This document shows, one piece after another, positions 8,657 through 17,418 of a DNA stretch of 20,000 nt; position 1 is the first letter of the stretch, and the number at the start of each line of letters is the position of its first letter. Where the stretch lies: sequence record DRR723986_18836; one strand, 5' to 3'. The position numbers and the translations under genes are program-made. The notes beneath the pieces were generated by a model, which was not told the DNA's origin, did not search any database, and saw only the letters and a program-made list of their open reading frames with translations.

Positions 8657-9670
8657 TTATTTTATCGGAATATAAATTTCTGTTTTCCAATCTGCAGGAT
8701 TAGGATAGTTTCCTGGATCGGTCGTATAAATCTCAAATGGCTCAAGATTAGATTGTTCTATGCCATTTTCTGCTAAATATGTCATGGTTGCTTCCCAGGC
8801 TTTTGGAAGGTAAGTATAATTACCTGTAAGGGTTGTTTTTAAAACTTTGGTATTAGGTATAAAATTAATAGAAACATCAGAATCCGCAGGAATTTCAATA
8901 CGTTCATTAATTGGTATACCATTACTCATAATAACATTGCTACTGCTCATGCCATTATAAACAGTTAGTGGCATACCAGATTGTTTAAGTCCATTGCTGC
9001 TCATAAACTGCATGATGGCACCAAAGTTTTGACCCATTTTTGCACTTATATTTTGAGAATTAGCATTGGTAGTTTTGTATAAATAAAATCCACCACCATA
9101 TTCAGTAACACCATTTATTTCTACATTATAACGGTTCATGTCGACTACCAAAACACTATCTAATAAGGTTAGTCCTCTTTCAAAATGAGGGCCAATTTGT
9201 TTTTCCATACCACCCATAACTGTAGAAAATGCTTTAAAAGCAAATGGTAGGTCTTTTCCGGTAATTTTCCATGTAATATCTGTCGTCCCATCTTCGTTCG
9301 AATTAAAATTCCATGTTACATTAGAGCTTGGGAAATCACCAAATTGCATTTCTTGAGAAATAGAAGAACTGGCTTTAGCATCTATAGTTTTCATAGTTCC
9401 AATACCGTCTTCGTCTTCCCACGAGTAAGAACCTCCAATTCCTTCAGTTTGTTCAGAAAGCATAATTTTAGTTTCTGGTTTCTCTTCAACCCAAGAGGAC
9501 CATGATTCCCAATTCTTAAAATCAATAACATTATTATAAACTACACTCTGTGGTGCATTAATTGTTTTTGTTCTGGTTACTTCAAAAGAATTAGGTTGTA
9601 CAGCTATGTAAATGCAAAAGCCGATTATGAAGATTAAAAGCAACAATAGTACATATTTGAGAGCTTTCAT
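8657..9670 (-). CDS. Membrane-anchored SRPBCC domain + GyrI-like effector-binding domain protein
   Basis: N-terminal TM helix, VTRTKTINAP..VY..V.DFKNW..WSSW (SRPBCC), C-terminal GNYTYLPKAW...FEIYTTDP...WKTEIYIP (GyrI-like). Confidence 0.85.
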   Translation of the reverse strand: MKALKYVLLLLLIFIIGFCIYIAVQPNSFEVTRTKTINAPQSVVYNNVIDFKNWESWSSWVEEKPETKIMLSEQTEGIGGSYSWEDEDGIGTMKTIDAKASSSISQEMQFGDFPSSNVTWNFNSNEDGTTDITWKITGKDLPFAFKAFSTVMGGMEKQIGPHFERGLTLLDSVLVVDMNRYNVEINGVTEYGGGFYLYKTTNANSQNISAKMGQNFGAIMQFMSSNGLKQSGMPLTVYNGMSSSNVIMSNGIPINERIEIPADSDVSINFIPNTKVLKTTLTGNYTYLPKAWEATMTYLAENGIEQSNLEPFEIYTTDPGNYPNPADWKTEIYIPIK

Positions 9671-9695
9671 TTTTTGATTTGATTTAGTCGTTTAT

Positions 9696-9739
9696 CAAAG
9701 ATACTAATTTTATGATATGTGATATAAATGCTACATTTG
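9696..9739. promoter_or_regulatory. Divergent -7 elements (SRPBCC gene on minus, DPP III gene on plus)
   Basis: Minus-strand TATCTTTG at 9696-9703; plus-strand TACATTTG at 9732-9739. Confidence 0.6.
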
Positions 9740-9764
9740 TGTACAACTAATTAAATCTAACAAC

Positions 9765-11792
9765 ATGAAGTTAAAATCAATTTTTAAACTATTCCTATTA
9801 GCCTTATTAATTGTAGCTTGTAAGGATGATGCTAAACCAGAAGTTGCAGAGAAAACGGAAACTGAATTCAGTTATAACGTAGAGCAATTTGCCGATATAA
9901 AAATTTTAAGATATCAAGTGCCTGGATGGGACAACTTATCTCTTAAAGAGCAAAAATTAGTGTATTATCTGGTTGAAGCAGGCTTAGCAGGTCGCGATAT
10001 TATGTGGGACCAAAACTACAGACATAATCTAAAAATAAGACGTGCTTTAGAAAGTGTTTATACTAACTATGAAGGAGACAAAGACTCTGCTGATTGGAAA
10101 GCCTTTGAAGTGTATTTAAAACGTGTTTGGTTTAGTAATGGTATTCATCATCACTATTCAAATGATAAGTTAAAACCAGATTTTTCTAAAGACTATTTAA
10201 ATGACTTGTTGCTTGCTACCGACACCAAATTAGATGGTGAGGCGTTTGATGTTATTTTTAATGATAAGGATGCAAAAAAAGTAAATCAGGCAAAAGGTGT
10301 AGACAACGTAGCTTTATCTGCAGTTAATTTTTATGGTCCAAATGTAACCAATGCTGATGTTGAAAAATTCTATGTTGCTAAAACATCATCAAATCCAGAT
10401 AGACCGTTGTCTTTTGGTTTAAATTCCCAGCTTGTTAAAGAAAATGGTGAGTTAAAAGAACGAGTCTATAAGTCTGGTGGTTTATACGGTTCTGCAATCG
10501 ATGAGGTTGTTAAATGGTTAGAGAAAGCTCAAGCTGTTGCAGAAAATAAAGCTCAAGGTGATGCTATTGGGTTACTTATTCAATATTACAAATCAGGTGA
10601 TCTTCAAACTTGGGATGATTACAACGTTGCATGGACTGCAGCTACGGATGGTAATGTAGATTACATAAATAGCTTTATTGAAGTATACAATGATCCGCTT
10701 GGTTACAGAGGTAGTTATGAAACTATAGTGCAAATCAATGATTTTGATATGTCTAAAAAAATGGCTGTCCTTTCTGAAAATGCACAATGGTTTGAGGATA
10801 ATTCGCCGTTAATGGAAGAACATAAAAAAGATAGTGTGGTTGGTGTAACTTATAAGGTAGTAACCGTGGCAGGTGAAGCTGGTGATGCGTCTCCTAGTAC
10901 GCCAATAGGTGTTAATTTACCTAATGCTAACTGGATTAGAAAAGAAGTTGGAAGTAAATCGGTTTCACTTGGTAATATAATCAACGCTTATAATAATGCA
11001 GGTAGTAGTGGACGTCTAAAAGAGTTTGTACACGATGAAGAAGAGTTAAAGTTAGAAGAAAAATATGGTCAATTAGCAGATAAATTGCATACAGCTCTAC
11101 ATGAAGTAATTGGTCACGCTTCGGGTCAATTGAATCCAGGTGTTGGTGAGACTAAAGAAACTTTAAAAAACTACGCTTCTACATTAGAAGAAGGCCGTGC
11201 TGATTTAGTTGGTTTATATTATTTATACAACTCTAAGTTACAAGAGCTTGGTTTGGTTGAAGATTGGAAGAAAGTTGGTAAGGCGGCTTACGATGGTTAC
11301 ATAAGAAACGGATTGATGACACAATTGATTCGATTAAACTTAGGAGACGATGTAGAAGAGGCACATATGAGAAATAGACAGTGGGTTAGTGCTTGGGCAT
11401 TTGAAAAGGGTATGGCAGATAATGTTATAGAAAAAGTGACGAGAGATGGTAAAACATATTTTAATATAAACGATTATGATAAACTTCACGAACTATTCGG
11501 ACAATTGCTAAGAGAAACTCAAAGAATTAAATCTGAAGGAGATTATGCCGCTGTAGAGGCTCTGGTAGAAGGTTATGGTGTGAAGGTAGACCAAGATATT
11601 CATGCTGAGGTGTTAGAACGTAATAAACAATTTACTTCAGCCCCTTATAGTGGCTTTGTAAACCCTGTTTTGGTGCCAGAAATGAACGATGTGGGCGAAA
11701 TTACTGCCATTAGAGTAACACAACCAGAAGGTTATTCTGAACAGATGCTAACGTACAGTGAAAAGTATAGCCATTTGCCTTTGGTAAATTAA
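9765..11792 (+). CDS. Dipeptidyl-peptidase III (peptidase M49), lipoprotein
   Basis: Lipobox LIVAC; GRDIMWDQ, NGIHHHY, FIEVYNDPLG, IGVNLPN, zinc motif HEVIGH (11100-11117), EEGRAD, EAHM. Confidence 0.93.
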   Translation: MKLKSIFKLFLLALLIVACKDDAKPEVAEKTETEFSYNVEQFADIKILRYQVPGWDNLSLKEQKLVYYLVEAGLAGRDIMWDQNYRHNLKIRRALESVYTNYEGDKDSADWKAFEVYLKRVWFSNGIHHHYSNDKLKPDFSKDYLNDLLLATDTKLDGEAFDVIFNDKDAKKVNQAKGVDNVALSAVNFYGPNVTNADVEKFYVAKTSSNPDRPLSFGLNSQLVKENGELKERVYKSGGLYGSAIDEVVKWLEKAQAVAENKAQGDAIGLLIQYYKSGDLQTWDDYNVAWTAATDGNVDYINSFIEVYNDPLGYRGSYETIVQINDFDMSKKMAVLSENAQWFEDNSPLMEEHKKDSVVGVTYKVVTVAGEAGDASPSTPIGVNLPNANWIRKEVGSKSVSLGNIINAYNNAGSSGRLKEFVHDEEELKLEEKYGQLADKLHTALHEVIGHASGQLNPGVGETKETLKNYASTLEEGRADLVGLYYLYNSKLQELGLVEDWKKVGKAAYDGYIRNGLMTQLIRLNLGDDVEEAHMRNRQWVSAWAFEKGMADNVIEKVTRDGKTYFNINDYDKLHELFGQLLRETQRIKSEGDYAAVEALVEGYGVKVDQDIHAEVLERNKQFTSAPYSGFVNPVLVPEMNDVGEITAIRVTQPEGYSEQMLTYSEKYSHLPLVN

Positions 11793-11802
11793 ATTTCATT
11801 CA

Positions 11803-11849
11803 ACATAAAAAAAGCAGTTATATACTCTATATAGCTGCTTTTTTTATGT
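11803..11849. terminator. Bidirectional intrinsic terminator
   Basis: ACATAAAAAAAGCAGTTATATA-CTC-TATATAGCTGCTTTTTTTATGT, 22-bp arms with one wobble/mismatch, between convergent genes. Confidence 0.88.
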
Positions 11850-11859
11850 GTTAGTTTTG

Positions 11860-12873
11860 TTATTTACGGTAGTTAGGAATCTTTAATCCTAGATATACAT
11901 CTGTTGTTTTTGAGCTGTCGGATAGCAGATTACTAAATACCGATCCAGATCCAACAGTAAGTGGACCAAATCTAAAACCTCCTCCAAAAGCAAAATCACC
12001 ATACTGTCTGAAACTTACAGGTGCATAAAAGCTAAACCATTTTGTTTCTAATCTCGGTGAAAGAGTTACATTATTAATAATCCTATTCGCGAGTTGATTA
12101 TCTCCTTTTATCATAGATAAATCTGCTTGTGCGCTCATAAACCATTTGTTGCTTAATCTATAATCTATTAGAACATGTAATGCCGTTGGTAAGTTAATTT
12201 TTGTAGCTTTCTTGCTTTCAGTGTTATTGTAATTATTGTCTAAAAATTCTTCGACATCGTCATCATAAGTAGATGTATCTACGGTATTATTTAAATTGTA
12301 GGATGTTATAGTAGCATCTTTGTAATTAATTGACCCTATATCTGTCACAGAGACTCCAATTTTCAGCTTATATGGATTTTGATAGCTTCTTATAGTGTCA
12401 CTTTCGCGGTTAGGATGCCATTGGTATGTAAAACCAATGTCTAAGCCAAAACCAGCAGTGAGGTTACTAAAATCAATGTCATCATTATCAAAATCCTGTG
12501 ATGTTCCATAATTAAGAGTTCCTTGAGTTGTTAAGGTTTCAGTATTGGCAGTATATTGACCTTGTAAACCGGGACTGCTAATAAAAGCAGCTCCAGCACC
12601 TTGTAAATATTTTAGCGTTACACCAGCTTTTAGTAAATGATTTGGCTTATCCATTAATATTCTTCCATAAGCTAAGCCTACTTCAGCCCATGCATGAATA
12701 TTTCCGGTTAAGTTTTTAGAATCAAAACTAAAATCGTCTTCAGAATCAAAATCATCAGCAATTGTTTCATATAATTCACCATTTATATCATTAATATTAA
12801 AAAAGGCCCTCGCTCTGGTAATTATACCGATGCTACTTTTTGGTGTAAGATTGAACATAAATGAAGGTCCCAT
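11860..12873 (-). pseudogene. DUF5723-like outer-membrane beta-barrel protein, apparently N-terminally truncated
   Basis: Begins MGPSFMFNL with no signal peptide; WAEVGLAYG, GVTLKYLQG, GFGLDIGFTY, SVTDIGSI, LPTALH, PRLETKWF, RFGPLTVGS, VYLGLKIP match this family as I recall it. Confidence 0.65.
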
Positions 12874-12943
12874 ATTTCTGTCTATTAAATTAAAAAATAT
12901 ATAGGAATTAATAAGAAATTTAGCACAAAAAAATGAAATGATC

Positions 12944-13129
12944 TTACATAAATATAAACTTAACTGCAGCAATCATGGCAATAAAACCAATAAAAGCAAT
13001 AAGTATCCAAATAGTGCCCTTGTAGTATTTTTTATGAAGTGCAAGGTCTTTTCGGTATTGATACCCAATAATAATGGCAAAAGCTATAAAAAATAATATT
13101 CCAAAAATTAATTGACCGTCACTAAACAT
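12944..13129 (-). CDS. Small two-TM membrane protein
   Basis: MFSDGQLIFGILFFIAF...YRKDLALHKKYYKG + second TM; -7 element TATTTTTG on minus strand at 13145-13152. Confidence 0.8.
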   Translation of the reverse strand: MFSDGQLIFGILFFIAFAIIIGYQYRKDLALHKKYYKGTIWILIAFIGFIAMIAAVKFIFM

Positions 13130-13182
13130 CTTCTTATTTTTATGCAAAAATAACAATTAAGAGACTAATAAACTAAAGACAT

Positions 13183-13569
13183 ATGCAAGATAAAATCAAT
13201 GCGGTTAAAGCATTTCATACAGCTTTTAAAATAGGACATAGAGAAACACCTAAAGCAAATCTAGGTATTGAGAAAAATATGTTACGATACAAATTAATGC
13301 GAGAAGAGAATGAAGAGTATTTAGAGGCTGCCAATGATAATGATTTGGTGGAAGTGGCAGATGCATTGGGCGATATGTTATACATTCTTTGTGGTACTAT
13401 TATAGAACATGGTTTACAATATAAAATTGAAGAGGTTTTTAACGAAATTCAACGCAGTAATATGAGTAAATTAGGTGAGAATGGAGAGCCTATATACAGA
13501 GAAGACGGTAAAGTTTTAAAAGGACCAAATTATTTTAAGCCGCATATAAAAGAGATCTTGGATAAATAA
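13183..13569 (+). CDS. MazG-like (DR2231/PRA-PH type) nucleoside triphosphate pyrophosphohydrolase
   Basis: EENEEYLEA...VADALGDMLY, SNMSKL, REDGKVLKGP. Confidence 0.9.
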   Translation: MQDKINAVKAFHTAFKIGHRETPKANLGIEKNMLRYKLMREENEEYLEAANDNDLVEVADALGDMLYILCGTIIEHGLQYKIEEVFNEIQRSNMSKLGENGEPIYREDGKVLKGPNYFKPHIKEILDK

Positions 13570-13576
13570 GCTAATC

Positions 13577-14647
13577 TTAGCAAACTTTAATACGCCAGCC
13601 AAACGGATCTGCTACCTTATTGGTTTGTATATCAGTTATTCGATTTTTAAGTAAAGCTCCATAAGTATTCTCAAGTTCTGGTAGCTTGTAGTCTTTACCT
13701 TTAAATCCAAACCCAGATATTGGAGATATAACAGCGGCGGTACCAGCGCCAAATAATTCCTTAAGGCTTCTGTTTTCTGATGCTTCAATCAGTTCTTGTA
13801 CTTTTATTTTACGAACTTCAGTTTTTATACCTTCAGATTCTGCAATTTTTAATATACTTCTTCTTGTAATACCATCTAAAATTCTATCACTGGTTGGTAC
13901 AGTTAGTAATGTGTCATTTATCCGAACAAAAATATTCATTGCTCCAGCTTCTTCAATATATTCGTGGGTATTATCATCAGTCCAGATTACTTGCTGATAA
14001 CCTCTTTCTTTAGCTAACTGAGTAGGATAAAATTGACCAGCATAATTCCCACCAGCTTTGGCGAAACCTACGCCACCATTTGCAGAACGCGAATATTTTT
14101 CTTCAATTAACACCTTTACTTTACCAGAAAAATATGGACCAGATGGTGCAAAAGCAATTATAAATTTATAAGAATCTGCAGGCGATGCATGAAATCCTTG
14201 ACCCGTGGCAAACATAAAAGGTCTAATGTAAAGGGCGCTGCCTTCTGTAGTAGGAATCCAATCCTTTTCAACTTTAAGAAGTTCCTTTAAACCATTCATA
14301 AAATAGTTTTCAGGTAATTCTGGCATAGCCAATCGCTTTGCAGAAATATTTAAACGTTTAAAGTTGTCAATGGGTCTAAACAAAAATACATTTTCATTCT
14401 CATCTTTATAGGCTTTCATACCTTCAAAAATGGATTGACCATAGTGAAAAATCTTAGCAGAAGGTTCTAAAGATAAAGGCTGAAAAGGAACAATTCTGGG
14501 TTTTTGCCATTTACCATTTTCATAATCGCACACAAACATGTGGTCTGAAAAATTTTTGCCAAATTCTAAATTGCTAAAATCTACTGAATCTATCTTAGAA
14601 GATTCAGTGGATTCAATTGAGATATCTTCCATGTAATTATTCGCCAT
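13577..14647 (-). CDS. ilvE: Branched-chain amino acid aminotransferase
   Basis: FSDHM, HYGQSIFEGMKAY, LYIRPF, AKAGGNY (PLP Lys), EAGAMN, ILDGITR, GTAAVI; start uncertain (14647 or 14632). Confidence 0.95.
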   Translation of the reverse strand: MANNYMEDISIESTESSKIDSVDFSNLEFGKNFSDHMFVCDYENGKWQKPRIVPFQPLSLEPSAKIFHYGQSIFEGMKAYKDENENVFLFRPIDNFKRLNISAKRLAMPELPENYFMNGLKELLKVEKDWIPTTEGSALYIRPFMFATGQGFHASPADSYKFIIAFAPSGPYFSGKVKVLIEEKYSRSANGGVGFAKAGGNYAGQFYPTQLAKERGYQQVIWTDDNTHEYIEEAGAMNIFVRINDTLLTVPTSDRILDGITRRSILKIAESEGIKTEVRKIKVQELIEASENRSLKELFGAGTAAVISPISGFGFKGKDYKLPELENTYGALLKNRITDIQTNKVADPFGWRIKVC

Positions 14648-14668
14648 AAAAAGGTAAGATTTGTACTG

Positions 14669-14729
14669 CAAAAGTAATCAAACCTAACCGTTAAAAAAAG
14701 GTAAAATTCCCTTTAATTTCGTAAATTTG
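14669..14729. promoter_or_regulatory. Divergent -7 elements (ilvE on minus, DUF4920 operon on plus)
   Basis: Minus-strand TACTTTTG at 14669-14676; plus-strand TAAATTTG at 14722-14729. Confidence 0.6.
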
Positions 14730-14764
14730 CAACTTATTAATGAATCAAATCAAAAATTATAAAA

Positions 14765-15277
14765 ATGAAAAATTTAATCTTATTATTTGTATTTAGTTTA
14801 GTTATTATTTCTTGTAAAAATGATAAACAAACTACGGAACAAGAAGTTGTGGTTGAAGGAGAATTAAATGAAGAATTAGCATATGCTTCTTTTGGTATGG
14901 AAATTAATGATGCTGATGCTTTAACTAGCGAAAGAATGATGGAACACTATAAATCTTTAAAGCCTGGAGATACACTTAATTCTAAAATGACCGCTAAAAT
15001 TAATGAGGTTTGCTCTAAAAAAGGATGTTGGATGACTTTAGATATGGGTGGTAAAAATGAAGTAATGGTAAAATTTAAAGATTATGGCTTTTTTATGCCA
15101 CTAAATGCTGAAGGCGAAGTTGTTGTTAATGGTAAAGCTTATGTAACAGAAACCTCAGTTGATGAATTAAGACATTACGCTGAAGATGCTGGTAAGTCTA
15201 AGGAAGAAATTGAGGCTATTACAGAACCGAAACGCACATATTCATTTGAGGCTGATGGAGTTCTTCTTAAACAATAA
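14765..15277 (+). CDS. DUF4920 domain lipoprotein
   Basis: Lipobox IISC; VCSKKGCWM, VKFKDYGFFMP, LRHYAEDAGKS motifs. Confidence 0.88.
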   Translation: MKNLILLFVFSLVIISCKNDKQTTEQEVVVEGELNEELAYASFGMEINDADALTSERMMEHYKSLKPGDTLNSKMTAKINEVCSKKGCWMTLDMGGKNEVMVKFKDYGFFMPLNAEGEVVVNGKAYVTETSVDELRHYAEDAGKSKEEIEAITEPKRTYSFEADGVLLKQ

Positions 15278-15713
15278 AGTTCTAAAGATTTTAATCTTCT
15301 CCTTGCTACTTTTAAATAGTTGCAAAAATGAAGAAAAAATAGTTGAAACAACTCCAGAAAAGAAGGTTAAGTATGTTATACCGAAACCTTCGGAAATGGC
15401 AAATCTTATGAATGCCATGTATGCTTATAATTTGCAAATAAAACAGCAAATTATGAATGGCGAAACACCAGTAGTAATGCCTCTGGATTTAGTGAAATTG
15501 CATTCCGCAGAAATGAGCAATGGGCATGGGAGAACGGCAGTTTGGAATAGCCATGTAAATGAGTTTATAACGGCACAGCAATCTGTGGCAGACACCTTAT
15601 CCGATATAGAACTAAAAATGCGTTATAACGACGCAATTAATAATTGTCTGGCTTGTCATAAAACAGAATGTACTGGGCCAATACCTAAAATTAAAAAATT
15701 GTTGATTCAGTAG
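15255..15713 (+). CDS. Putative monoheme c-type cytochrome lipoprotein (class II-like)
   Basis: Signal ending LLNSC; C-terminal CLACH (15645-15659); helical sequence; start chosen at ATG 15255, overlapping the upstream gene. Confidence 0.65.
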   Translation: MEFFLNNKVLKILIFSLLLLNSCKNEEKIVETTPEKKVKYVIPKPSEMANLMNAMYAYNLQIKQQIMNGETPVVMPLDLVKLHSAEMSNGHGRTAVWNSHVNEFITAQQSVADTLSDIELKMRYNDAINNCLACHKTECTGPIPKIKKLLIQ

Positions 15714-15716
15714 GTT

Positions 15717-16391
15717 TTGAAGCGTAAAATAATTACCACATCAGACGGTTCAAAAACTATTCAAATTGAGGATTGGAATGAACAATATCATTCCATTCAT
15801 GGAGCAATAAACGAAGCAAACCATGTATTTATAAAACATGGTTTGCTTTTTTATTTAGGGAATGAGTGTATTTCTAAAACTATCAATATTCTCGAAATCG
15901 GTTTTGGTACAGGACTAAATGCCTTTTTAACTTTACTTGAAGCCGAAAGACTAAAACAAAAAATTAATTATGTTGGTGTTGAAGCATATCCGGTTAAAAC
16001 TGATGAAATCGATCAGCTCAACTATGTGGAATTAATTTCTGAAATGCATAAGTTAGAATTTGATAAGATCCATAAATCTTCATGGAATAAACCTTTTGAT
16101 ATTACATCTCATTTTCAATTAGAAAAACAAGAAAAGTTTTTTAAAGAAATAAATGTCAATGAAGAATTTGATATAATTTATTTTGATGCCTTTGGAGCTC
16201 GTGTACAACCAGAACTATGGACAGAAGATATTTTTGAACTAATGTACAAAGCACTTATTTTAAATGGAGTCTTAGTCACCTATTCTGCTAAAGGAAGTGT
16301 TAGACGCGCAATGCAAAGTGTTGGTTTTGAAGTTGAGCGACTTCCAGGTCCGCCAGGTAAACGCGAAATGCTGCGCGCCATTAAACGTTAA
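15717..16391 (+). CDS. mnmD: tRNA mnm5s2U34 methyltransferase (stand-alone MnmC methyltransferase domain)
   Basis: TSDGSKT, YHS..GA..EA.HVF, LEIGFGTGLN, YFDAF, PELW, LVTYS, GFEVERLPGPPGKREM; TTG start. Confidence 0.92.
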   Translation: MKRKIITTSDGSKTIQIEDWNEQYHSIHGAINEANHVFIKHGLLFYLGNECISKTINILEIGFGTGLNAFLTLLEAERLKQKINYVGVEAYPVKTDEIDQLNYVELISEMHKLEFDKIHKSSWNKPFDITSHFQLEKQEKFFKEINVNEEFDIIYFDAFGARVQPELWTEDIFELMYKALILNGVLVTYSAKGSVRRAMQSVGFEVERLPGPPGKREMLRAIKR

Positions 16392-16430
16392 AACCAAATT
16401 AAAGTCTATTTTAACGGATTGTCCGTTTCG

Positions 16431-16438
16431 TATCTTTG
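16431..16438 (+). promoter_or_regulatory. -7 element for the TIGR01777 gene
   Basis: TATCTTTG 14 nt before ATG 16453. Confidence 0.55.
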
Positions 16439-16452
16439 TAAAAAAGGAGAAA

Positions 16453-17361
16453 ATGACGGTTTTAATTACAGGAGCGACAGGATTAATAGGACAGGAAATA
16501 GTAAAACAATGTCATGATGAGGGCATTAAAGTACATTATCTCACAACGTCAAAATCTAAATTAAGTGCAGAAGATAATTACAAAGGATTTTATTGGAATC
16601 CGGATAATAATGAGATTGATCACAATTGTCTTAAAGGTGTATCCGCAATTATTAATATGGTAGGAGCATCTATTTCGAGTCGCTGGACCGATGACTATAA
16701 AAGGGTAATTCTAGAAAGCCGTACAAAAACAGCACAATTGTTACAAGACACTATTAGGGCTAATAATTATGAGGTTGAGTATGTAGTTTCTGCAAGCGCT
16801 ATTGGAATATATCCTACGAGTCTCACTAATTATTATGAAGAAACTTTTTCTGAAGTGTCTAACTCTTTTTTAGGAGAGGTTGTTGAAAAATGGGAGGCTG
16901 CAATTGACGGATTTAAACAGTTAGGATCTAAAGTAGCTAAGATTAGAATAGGTCTTGTTTTAGCAAAAGATGGAGGTGCATTACCAGAAATAGTAAAACC
17001 TATAAAATATGGTGCAGGAGCAGCATTTGGGAATGGTGAACAATGGCAAAGCTGGATTCATGTTCATGATTTAGCAGGTATTTTTCTTTATGCATTAAAA
17101 TATAAACTAGAGGGTATTTATAATGGAGTAGCGCCAAATCCTGTTAGTAATAAAGAACTAACTAAAATGGCAGCAAACGTTTTACAGCGACCATTATTAT
17201 TACCAAACATACCAAAATTTGCAATGAAATTAGTGTTAGGTGAGATGCATATTCTACTTTTTGAAAGTCAACGCGTGAGCTCACAGAAAATTGAGAGTAA
17301 AGGTTATAATTTTACGTATTCTAACTTAAGACCGTCGCTAGAAAACCTATTACTTAAATAG
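16453..17361 (+). CDS. TIGR01777 family (YfcH-like) NAD-dependent epimerase/oxidoreductase with DUF1731
   Basis: VLITGATGLIG Rossmann motif, RWT...SR, SASAIGIY, RIGLVL, GEQWQSWIHVHD, APNPV, LGEM...SQRV. Confidence 0.92.
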   Translation: MTVLITGATGLIGQEIVKQCHDEGIKVHYLTTSKSKLSAEDNYKGFYWNPDNNEIDHNCLKGVSAIINMVGASISSRWTDDYKRVILESRTKTAQLLQDTIRANNYEVEYVVSASAIGIYPTSLTNYYEETFSEVSNSFLGEVVEKWEAAIDGFKQLGSKVAKIRIGLVLAKDGGALPEIVKPIKYGAGAAFGNGEQWQSWIHVHDLAGIFLYALKYKLEGIYNGVAPNPVSNKELTKMAANVLQRPLLLPNIPKFAMKLVLGEMHILLFESQRVSSQKIESKGYNFTYSNLRPSLENLLLK

Positions 17362-17369
17362 GGTTTTTT
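17342..17369 (+). terminator. Possible weak terminator overlapping the stop codon
   Basis: AAAACCTATT-ACTTA-AATAGG-G-TTTTTT. Confidence 0.4.
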
Positions 17370-17418
17370 AATCAACATTAAAAAGTATATTACCGTAAAA
17401 AATAACTTGGTTCTGGCA

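Noticed and set aside
12874..12972. Upstream extension of the DUF5723 ORF as its signal peptide
   Set aside because: Overlaps the upstream small gene, is low-complexity AT-rich sequence and lacks signal-peptide structure
15186..16452. Long N-terminal extensions in the ORF track (starts at 15186 and 16297; similarly 7009, 13156, 14671 and 19721)
   Set aside because: They overlap neighbouring genes or promoter boxes; downstream ATGs fit domain starts better
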